From assembly GCA_963805085.1 (NCBI GenBank), contig CAWDTA010000002.1, positions 160,001 to 224,000 of the forward strand: a DNA stretch of 64,000 nucleotides, written 5' to 3'. The notes beneath the pieces are model-generated. The model was not told where the DNA came from. It worked only from the letters and a program-made list of their open reading frames with translations, and did not search any database. Position 1 is the stretch's first letter; each line of letters begins with the position of its first letter. Position numbers and translations under genes: made by a program. The stretch is from an uncultured Veillonellaceae bacterium (GTDB lineage: Bacteria > Bacillota > Negativicutes > JARBTT01). Shown one piece after another: positions 40,615 to 47,924 of this stretch.

Positions 40615-40767
40615 AGTAAACTCCCCCTCACATATTAAAAAATTGATTAGCCACCAACTATAGTTTTGTATAGTAAATCTTATTGTTATGACACCAAAAA
40701 TATAACCATAAAATTTTACCTACATAAGAAATACCCATAATTCAAAACCCTTGCTATGGTTCCGAAC

Positions 40768-40799
40768 AAAAAAGGCTCCACGTCAGACCACGCGAAGCC
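40768..40799 (-). terminator. Terminator downstream of the tRNA remnant
   Basis: GGCTTCGCGT-GGTCTG-ACGTGGAGCC followed by TTTTTT on the minus strand. Confidence 0.65.
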
Positions 40800-40812
40800 G
40801 TGAATTTACTAA

Positions 40813-40874
40813 TGGCAGAGAGGGATGGATTCGAACCCTTGGCACCTTGCGGTACAATTGATTTGGAGTAAACT
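40813..40874 (-). pseudogene. Degenerate 3' part of a tRNA-Ser gene
   Basis: Minus strand AGTTTACTCCAAATCAATT-GTACCGCAAGGTGC-CAAGGGTTCGAATCCATCCCTCTCTGCCA: long variable arm, TTCGAAT loop, GCCA end; mismatched stems and no 5' half. Confidence 0.75.
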
Positions 40875-41205
40875 ATCTTTTCTAAAATTGACTTATTCCA
40901 CATAAAAAGCAATGCCATAAGAAGAAACAGATAACTATTATATATCATCTATTAATTGTTATTGTTGGATAAATATTGAATAATTTGTCAAGCGATGTTA
41001 ATATAAAAGTGCAACTAGCATTGCTTAACACAAGAGATAAACTAAGGGAGCTTATCCTTTTAGGGACAAAACATGGTCGTTATTTCCAATTTGTTTCCTA
41101 TTAGCCATGCCCTCCGTCAAAGGGATAAAATTTATCTTATAAGTCATAATATGATATTTCATTCAATTATAGATCATATATCCAAATGGTATATAGAATA
41201 AAGAG

Positions 41206-42174
41206 GTGGTTCATATATTTTTTTTAATCGGGATAGTATCAACATTTATTATGCTTTCATTACTTCCAAATACTTCTTTTGGTCGTAATAGAAGCATCAC
41301 GGCATTGTTTATGTTCGTTTATTCTTCATTGTATTTTTTCATTATTCAGTATGGATTAACTGTAAATAATTCTTTTAAAATTCCTCTCTTTTTTGTAGCA
41401 TTAATTTTAATTTTATATTTATCAACGGCCGATAGGTATATTAATCTAAAATTGGATTTAGATATGCTATTTAAAATTGTTTTGTTTATAATGATACCGA
41501 TAGTAGTATGTTTTTCGTTTCCAACCGCTAATAATCAATTTCACTTAATTGATATATTAATTGTTGCTTTTGTTTTTGGAATAAATCAATCACGTTTTAA
41601 TAAAACCACAATGTTATATCAAGAAAGCACAATTGAATTTTATGGATCGTCTACTACAGCTCATCTTCTAATTTTGTTTATTTTTCTGGGCTATAGGAAA
41701 ATTAATATCAATCTATTTTTCATTAATACAATGGATGCATGGGGATTAACTTTGGTAGTTACTTTTTTATGTTGTTTTTTCGCAATTTTTATTGGAGTAA
41801 AATTAAACTATCTTAGTTTTAATTTCAAAAAAGTTAAAACTAAAACTTTACTAATATTAACTATTTTTAATTTTTTTCATATAGCAATAGCAGAAGAAAT
41901 TATCTATAGAGGATTTGTCTATAATTATCTACGACAGTTCATCGGTGGAGGAGATTGGATACCACTGGTATTGACAACTTTATTATTTGGGTGTCACCAT
42001 ATTAGCTTTGGTGGCAGAAGAATGTTTGTACTTTCTTCTATAGCTGGTTTCTTTTATGGTTTAATATATATGCTTACAGGAAACCTATTAACCTCGGCAA
42101 TTATTCATACTATTACTAATATGGTTTGGCGATTATTTTTTGTTATAAGATCTAATGTAGAGGCGCAAAAATGA
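41206..42174 (+). CDS. CPBP (CAAX protease/Abi) family intramembrane metalloprotease
   Basis: AEEIIYRG, FGCHH and HTITN motifs; multi-TM; very AT-rich. Confidence 0.9.
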   Translation: MVHIFFLIGIVSTFIMLSLLPNTSFGRNRSITALFMFVYSSLYFFIIQYGLTVNNSFKIPLFFVALILILYLSTADRYINLKLDLDMLFKIVLFIMIPIVVCFSFPTANNQFHLIDILIVAFVFGINQSRFNKTTMLYQESTIEFYGSSTTAHLLILFIFLGYRKININLFFINTMDAWGLTLVVTFLCCFFAIFIGVKLNYLSFNFKKVKTKTLLILTIFNFFHIAIAEEIIYRGFVYNYLRQFIGGGDWIPLVLTTLLFGCHHISFGGRRMFVLSSIAGFFYGLIYMLTGNLLTSAIIHTITNMVWRLFFVIRSNVEAQK

Positions 42175-42361
42175 TCCTGGTTTTGGTTCTATTATTATAG
42201 TGGGGAATAATAGCAATAATTACTTTTTACAATGATATTAAAAATAAATTTAATTATTGGTATTACAATGAAAGCCATGAATTCAGGAACTGCAATACTG
42301 AACCATTCGATAAAAAATGAAATTTTTAAAATATCAATGTGCATCAAAAATATAAGATACT

Positions 42362-42493
42362 CTATCCATAAGACGTATCCTTACCGCTCAATTTCTCAAT
42401 AAATACTTCTTCCGCTCTGAGCTCTTGCATAATTACTTCTTGCCGGATAGTATTTTGATCCAGCGAACTTACTCTTACATAACCGATTTTCAT
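42362..42493 (-). pseudogene. Truncated small serine resolvase (43 aa)
   Basis: Manual translation MKIGYVRVSSLDQNTIRQEVIMQELRAEEVFIEKLSGKDTSYG*. Confidence 0.85.
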
Positions 42494-42518
42494 ATGCTAC
42501 ACTCCCCATTAAAACAGA

Positions 42519-42626
42519 AAAAGTGTTCCACAAAGTCTACTTTGATTATGGGCTAGCCCAAAAATCATTTTTCGACTTATGTGGAACACTTTTATTTTGT
42601 ACCATTAAGGTATACCTTATTGGTGC
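42519..42626. promoter_or_regulatory. res-like site upstream of the resolvase relic
   Basis: Inverted repeat AAAAGTGTTCCACA-AAGTC / GACTTATGTGGAACACTTTT plus a 28-bp near-palindrome GTACCATTAAGGTATACCTTATTGGTGC centred on TATA. Confidence 0.65.
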
Positions 42627-42636
42627 ACTCATCTTA

Positions 42637-43821
42637 TTAATTTATATGCCTGTTATCATTAACTCGCTTTATGTACCGATTAAATTGAGGTACAGTAAAG
42701 TCCACTTCACCATAGCGGGGAGCATAGATAAACCCCTTATAAATCAATTGCCCTCTGACTGGCGAAATACTTTGCACACCTGTATTCATTTTGCTAGCTA
42801 TTTCGGCAATCGTACATGGTAATTCACCACATTCAACCATAGCAAGCATAAATTGCTTTTCCTTTGGTGTTGCTCGATCATACCGCACCTTGAAAAAGCT
42901 GTCATCCAAACTTCTCTCAAAATCCGGATAAGCTGCCTTCACAGATGCTAGATCAATAGTCTTATCTTTAATAAACGCCCAAACCTGTTTTCCATATTCC
43001 TGAAGAAAATAAGGATATCCTTCGGTAATTCTTAGTATTTCACCAATAGCGTCATCACTAAACGTTACATCCATTTTTTTAGCAGGCTCTACTAACGCCA
43101 ATTTAGCCGCCTCTGCTTCTAAAGAACCAATCGAAATAAAGCTAAATAGCCGTTCAGCATAGGATTTTATATCGCCAGCAATCTTGGTCACCTTCGGCAA
43201 GCCTGCTGAAATTAACGTCACAGGCAACCCCTTTTGATTTGCTCGATGCAAGGCAGTAATTAATGCTTCAAATTCATCATCTTTTAAATATTGTATTTCA
43301 TCAATAAATAGACAAACTGAACTTTCGCTATTTTTTGCAAGCGTTCCCATGGATACTAATAATTCCGTAAGATCATTAGAAAAATTTCCTGTATCCGATA
43401 CCCCTACTGCTGCATCCACTTCATCATTTATCCCTACACTTATTTCCCCCTCTGGAGAGTAAGTAATTTTAAAAGCTTTTAATACTGACATTGCTTTTTG
43501 AAAATAATTTTTTGCTTTTGCCTTAACGCTCATTTGTTTTATTAATTTTTGTATATGTAAAGAAATAGAGACTTTAAAAGACGAACGCTCTGACACTTCA
43601 ATGTGTTCATATAGGACATCATACTCGTCAGCAATCTCTTCAATTTTGTTTAAGAGTACGGTTTTCCCAACACCACGCAAGCCATAGTAAACCACCGAAC
43701 GAGCAGGATAGCCATGTGCCACATAAGCAATAATTTCTTTTGCTGCCTCAATGGTATCATCACGCCCAGCTAAATAATTTGGTACTAAACCCGCTCCCGG
43801 AGTATAAGGATTTATTATCAT
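42637..43821 (-). CDS. AAA-family P-loop ATPase with probable C-terminal winged helix
   Basis: NPYTPGAG, GLRGVGKT, LFIDEIQ, TEGYPYFLQ. Confidence 0.85.
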   Translation of the reverse strand: MIINPYTPGAGLVPNYLAGRDDTIEAAKEIIAYVAHGYPARSVVYYGLRGVGKTVLLNKIEEIADEYDVLYEHIEVSERSSFKVSISLHIQKLIKQMSVKAKAKNYFQKAMSVLKAFKITYSPEGEISVGINDEVDAAVGVSDTGNFSNDLTELLVSMGTLAKNSESSVCLFIDEIQYLKDDEFEALITALHRANQKGLPVTLISAGLPKVTKIAGDIKSYAERLFSFISIGSLEAEAAKLALVEPAKKMDVTFSDDAIGEILRITEGYPYFLQEYGKQVWAFIKDKTIDLASVKAAYPDFERSLDDSFFKVRYDRATPKEKQFMLAMVECGELPCTIAEIASKMNTGVQSISPVRGQLIYKGFIYAPRYGEVDFTVPQFNRYIKRVNDNRHIN

Positions 43822-43931
43822 ACAATCACCTTCTTGTCATGATTATTACCGCAATTATATCTTTATATTCGATAAATTTCAATATTTACGCTAAAAAATG
43901 CTTATATCTTTATTGATACACCCATTCAATT

Positions 43932-45161
43932 CTATAATTTTGCTACTACATCTAAATTCACACTATAAACATTCATTTTACCACTTTGCTTAACACTCAG
44001 CATATCTTTAGGTATTTGCTTAATCCAACCACGAATTGTAGATGGACTTAATTCAGCAATTTCTACTAGATTTTGAATACTAACACCTTCATCATCAAAC
44101 AAAGTACTTTGCACCAAAGCATGCAATATATTTCGGATTGGTTTATCTCCATTTGCATATTTTTCAATTTTTTCTTTATAAAAATTATACTGTTCGCCTT
44201 TTCCTTCAATAATAATACATAAATTTTCGATAGTTTCTTCTATAAGTTCCAAAAATCCAATAACAAAAGGAGTTAAATCACCTTTATTTTTATAATCATT
44301 CACTTCCTTAAACATATCATAATATTTTTTAAGCTTATTTTTAATCGTATACGACAAACTAAAACCAACTACTGATTCTAATTGCTGATTTAATAGATAG
44401 CTACTAATGAATCTTGCCATTCTGCCGTTGCCATCATAAAAAGGATGTATATAACCAAACATATAGTGAAATACTGCTATATTCACGAAATCGTTTAATT
44501 TATTATTGTTTAACATATCTAGTGCAACTGTCATAGCTGTAATAATTTTGGCTTCGGGATACATACCCTTATGAATCACCTTTTGGCTTGATGAAATTAT
44601 TTCAACAATTTCTTTTCTAAAAATATCACCATCTGGAGCATTATCTGGATTATCAGCTTTTACTTCTGCTAAAACGAATTCATCATAAAGTTTTCTAATA
44701 TCCTGACAGGATTTTAAAGTAAATTCCTGTCCATATGACAACATCATATATTTTTGTACCAAACCATACAAACGCTTCTTTTCCTTATTTTCTGTTTTAT
44801 CATCAATTAGCTCTCTGATTTCTTTACGTGTACTGTGAACACCCTCAATCTCGTTAGTCAGCTGAATTTCATCTACAATACACTTTAACGTAAATTGAGT
44901 CAAAGCAATCGGCGGTACACTTTTGGTTATTTTTAAAAGTCTCTTATCCAATTTCAAAATACTGGTTAATAAATTTAAAATTTCTAAATTCATAACAACA
45001 AACGCCCGATTTTCACCAATTGTAAAATCATAACGATAAGTAAACTCGTTATTAAATCTTTCTTTATATGTAGTTTCATAGGCTTCATTATTTTTATAAA
45101 ACAATTTATTTAAAGATTTATACAACACTTGACTCACATCCTTTTTGTCATTATACTTCAC
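43932..45161 (-). CDS. Fic family protein (N-terminal autoinhibitory motif, C-terminal HTH)
   Basis: HPFYDGNGRMAR catalytic motif; TNEIEG inhibitory motif; C-terminal SIQNLVEIAELSPSTIRGWI. Confidence 0.93.
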   Translation of the reverse strand: MKYNDKKDVSQVLYKSLNKLFYKNNEAYETTYKERFNNEFTYRYDFTIGENRAFVVMNLEILNLLTSILKLDKRLLKITKSVPPIALTQFTLKCIVDEIQLTNEIEGVHSTRKEIRELIDDKTENKEKKRLYGLVQKYMMLSYGQEFTLKSCQDIRKLYDEFVLAEVKADNPDNAPDGDIFRKEIVEIISSSQKVIHKGMYPEAKIITAMTVALDMLNNNKLNDFVNIAVFHYMFGYIHPFYDGNGRMARFISSYLLNQQLESVVGFSLSYTIKNKLKKYYDMFKEVNDYKNKGDLTPFVIGFLELIEETIENLCIIIEGKGEQYNFYKEKIEKYANGDKPIRNILHALVQSTLFDDEGVSIQNLVEIAELSPSTIRGWIKQIPKDMLSVKQSGKMNVYSVNLDVVAKL

Positions 45162-45182
45162 TCAAACAAGCAAGTAAACAAC

Positions 45183-45240
45183 AAATAAAACTATTTACTT
45201 ATTAATTTATGATTATTTTAATAAGTAAATAGTTTTATTT
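45183..45240. repeat. 23-bp perfect inverted repeat with 12-nt spacer upstream of fic
   Basis: AAATAAAACTATTTACTTATTAA (45183-45205) / TTAATAAGTAAATAGTTTTATTT (45218-45240). Confidence 0.9.
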
Positions 45241-45283
45241 TAAATTTTCTTATTATATTTTACCCATTTTAATATGATTAAAT

Positions 45284-45430
45284 TCAATTTTCACCGTTCA
45301 CTTTTGGTATATCTTTATGAACAGTACTTTTACTAACACCAAACACCACCGCTGCTTGCCGAACTGTATGTTTACTCTGCAAAATATGATCACAAATATC
45401 TAAGACACGTTTACGAATATATTCCTTCAT
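45284..45430 (-). CDS. spoIIID: spoIIID 5' half (codons 1-40) running into the element; 48-aa truncated product
   Basis: Manual translation MKEYIRKRVLDICDHILQSKHTVRQAAVVFGVSKSTVHKD|IPKVNGEN*; signature TVR...FGVSKSTVHKD; RBS AGGGGG. Confidence 0.95.
   Translation of the reverse strand: MKEYIRKRVLDICDHILQSKHTVRQAAVVFGVSKSTVHKDIPKVNGEN
45293..45319. repeat. Attachment site at the spoIIID-promoter-proximal end
   Basis: Arm ACCGTTCACTTTTGGT (45293-45308) plus core ATATCTTTATG (45309-45319). Confidence 0.9.
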
Positions 45431-45460
45431 TACTCTGCCCCCTAAAGCCATTTGCTAACA

Positions 45461-45490
45461 TGTATATGCAAACAATTAGGCAAGCAGAAC
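45461..45490 (-). promoter_or_regulatory. Sigma-E-like promoter of spoIIID
   Basis: gTTCTGCT-N14-CATATACA; spoIIID is sigma-E dependent in B. subtilis and clostridia. Confidence 0.45.
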
Positions 45491-45637
45491 AATGTAAAAA
45501 TTATACGATGATATAAAATAGAATGTGCGCGGTTATACCATAAAAATGGCTACACTAAAAATAAATTTTACATGTAGCCGCTATATATTTTTTTCTATAT
45601 GTTCCATACAACCAGCTCATTTTTAACAGGACTTTTA

Positions 45638-46723
45638 TCACTTGCTTCTTTTTCTACCTATTTTTATTTCAGCACCGATCCATAGCATAATAGGAATAAC
45701 AACCTGAAAGGGTAGAACATAATACTGAAAAACATCTGTAAAATTGAACAGCTCCATTACACTACTAAATTCAAAAATACTGATTGCCAACATTAAAATA
45801 CTTAGTATAAACAACACCGATCCATTTTTTTTAATGTTAAATAGTTTTTTGACTCCTTTTACCGCAGCTAATACACAAATTGATATTTTGGCAATCCCAG
45901 CTAATATAAAGTTATACGATATAATCATTTCAATTCTCGAAAGAAAATCTCCTATATTGATCATCCGCGCTGCTCTATAGGATGGAAAGTATGAATTTTC
46001 CACCATAGGAACACCCAAAACCATAATGCCAAGCAAAAACACAAGCACCAAAACTACCGTTGCTATGAAAATACCATACAAATAAATTTTATAGGGATTA
46101 TCACTCTTTTTAATTGAATCTGCGAATGTTAAAAATAGAACTGTTCCACCAAAGGTAGTCGTAAATATTCTTAAGCTTGCGTTTCCAAGGGCTGTAACAC
46201 TATGCTCCATAACTGGCAAAACATTAGAAATTTTTATTTCTGTAGTAGATAAAATCATGATATATAACAATATGACTAAATACAAAGGTAGTACAAACAT
46301 TGCCCACTTTCCCAAAGTTTCTATTCCACTAAAGGCGAGATAACCAGCGACAACAAGTAGTGTTATCATTATAGGAAGCTCTGGGGTTTCCTGTAAAGTC
46401 ACTATTTTAACAAATTCTGAAATAAGTCTGATTACAATAGCACTCAGATGAATTGCATACCAGGTCATCAAAGCAATGATTATTTTTCCGATTATATCTC
46501 CAAATACCGCTTGGGCTATATCGTACAAATCCATCTCTGGAAACAGACTGATAATCCTAGCATATACAAGTACAAGGATGCTGCCAGCAGCTAATGCAAG
46601 CAGGAGTGCTATCCAAGCATCCTGCCCTACTCCCCAGCTGACGCCCATTACAGCACTGCTCCCAAATAAAAACAATACAATCAAAAAAATAGTTTGCCGC
46701 ATTGATATCATTTCTCTTTGCAT
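45638..46723 (-). CDS. Spore germination receptor B subunit (copy 2)
   Basis: Multi-TM APC-like, QDAWIA, QETP, FLSRIE; start moved to ATG at 46723. Confidence 0.9.
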   Translation of the reverse strand: MQREMISMRQTIFLIVLFLFGSSAVMGVSWGVGQDAWIALLLALAAGSILVLVYARIISLFPEMDLYDIAQAVFGDIIGKIIIALMTWYAIHLSAIVIRLISEFVKIVTLQETPELPIMITLLVVAGYLAFSGIETLGKWAMFVLPLYLVILLYIMILSTTEIKISNVLPVMEHSVTALGNASLRIFTTTFGGTVLFLTFADSIKKSDNPYKIYLYGIFIATVVLVLVFLLGIMVLGVPMVENSYFPSYRAARMINIGDFLSRIEMIISYNFILAGIAKISICVLAAVKGVKKLFNIKKNGSVLFILSILMLAISIFEFSSVMELFNFTDVFQYYVLPFQVVIPIMLWIGAEIKIGRKRSK

Positions 46724-46766
46724 AACAATACCTCTTTCGTCTGTCGCTATCTCTACATTCGCCATA

Positions 46767-47924
46767 TCACTTCGTTAACCCAGTATTTATGATGACGAAT
46801 TCTGGTCTTACTTCAACTTCCATTGTTTGAATATAATACTCCCAATTTTCTTTTAACTGATACCATAATGTTGGATTACTCTTATGAATCATTGCTCCAA
46901 ATCCGAAAATATCACAACCAAATTCTGTTTGTCCTTTTTTTACCACCTCATCCATTCTCTGTAAAAAATTCAAAGTAACTGCTGCTTTAATTTTTTCTAC
47001 ATTACTTTCTTTCAAGACATCAATATCAGTACCAATTTCACCGATCGTTGCCGTGGTCTTAATATCTAAAAAAACTTTAAGACGCTTTCCATCGTAAGAA
47101 TAGGATCTTTTCGTCTTATTTTTTGCTATTTCAAGCGCAAAATTATCCTGATTATCTTGATTTAAAGAAAATTTGGTAATACCTCCAGCAATTTCATCAA
47201 TCGCAAAAAGATAATACTTTGTTTCTTCTGGCGACAAATACCCTTGCAACTTATCTTCCTTAAAAATTGCAGATCCATTTACCTCTACCACTTTTTTATT
47301 TTTATTAGAAATACAGTGAACAGCAGGCAAAACTAAAGCTGCTTCCTTACCTCCGTGTAGAATATCAAAAACCTGATAATTTTCAATCTTTTTTGTAGAG
47401 GCTGTTAGTTTTCGGTCACTACTTATAATTTTTTCAAGTTCTTCAGAAATGATTTTGTCGTCTGTACCACTAGCTGCCAAAATTTCTTTTGCGGTTTTTT
47501 CTTGAGAAATAACTGGGATCGCCGTTTCTCTTGTCTCTGCATCTCGAATAAACCAGTCTAAACTAGGCTTTATTCCCTCTTCTCTAGCAATCTGATTGCT
47601 AATCACAATAATCTTTACATCACTTACATATAATTTTTTCGACAATCTTTTTTTCGCATTTCTAACTGCTTCAAATATCGTTTTTCCTTCCGATTCAACA
47701 AGCTGAGATTTACCAGTACCTTCCTTACTTGCCGCAGATAGATCTAGGATTTCTATTGTTAACTGATAATTATCGTTGTCTGTCTTTCTGTCGATCGCCA
47801 TACCTGTAACAATCGAAATTTTATTTAAGCCCCGATAATTCCAACAGCCACTGAGCGGAATACATACACCAATGATTAAGAAAATACTGATTAGCTTTTT
47901 AATCATCATCACCCCGATCATCAC
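46767..47924 (-). CDS. Spore germination receptor C subunit lipoprotein (copy 2)
   Basis: Lipobox LSGCWN, GMAID, DIFGFG. Confidence 0.93.
   Translation of the reverse strand: MMIGVMMIKKLISIFLIIGVCIPLSGCWNYRGLNKISIVTGMAIDRKTDNDNYQLTIEILDLSAASKEGTGKSQLVESEGKTIFEAVRNAKKRLSKKLYVSDVKIIVISNQIAREEGIKPSLDWFIRDAETRETAIPVISQEKTAKEILAASGTDDKIISEELEKIISSDRKLTASTKKIENYQVFDILHGGKEAALVLPAVHCISNKNKKVVEVNGSAIFKEDKLQGYLSPEETKYYLFAIDEIAGGITKFSLNQDNQDNFALEIAKNKTKRSYSYDGKRLKVFLDIKTTATIGEIGTDIDVLKESNVEKIKAAVTLNFLQRMDEVVKKGQTEFGCDIFGFGAMIHKSNPTLWYQLKENWEYYIQTMEVEVRPEFVIINTGLTK

Larger units (their letters stand above)
36342..45319. mobile_element. spoIIID-intervening (skin-like) element with large serine recombinase; 8,967 bp between equivalent core positions
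   Basis: Bounded by an 11-bp direct repeat inside the spoIIID frame; encodes an intact large serine recombinase; 16-bp inverted arms just inside each end. Confidence 0.93.

Noticed and set aside
40660-40692. Firm sigma-E promoter for the small ORF-recombinase operon
   Set aside because: The -35 GTCATA is good but there is no convincing CATAnnnT at the 14-nt spacing, so it is mentioned only as a weak candidate.
40813-40874. Functional tRNA with a CCA anticodon on a Ser body (recoding)
   Set aside because: The anticodon and T stems contain mismatches and the D-arm and 5' acceptor strand are absent; it is a decayed fragment.
40888-40906. GACTTATTCCACATAA resembling pieces of the res repeats at 42519-42593
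   Set aside because: Too short and rearranged to distinguish from chance in AT-rich DNA.
40754-40948. 64-aa ORF from the track
   Set aside because: It reads through the tRNA remnant (GSNPSLSA is the translated T-arm), so it is spurious.
36342-45319. Prophage or ICE
   Set aside because: No structural, replication, relaxase or conjugation genes; only a recombinase and cargo.
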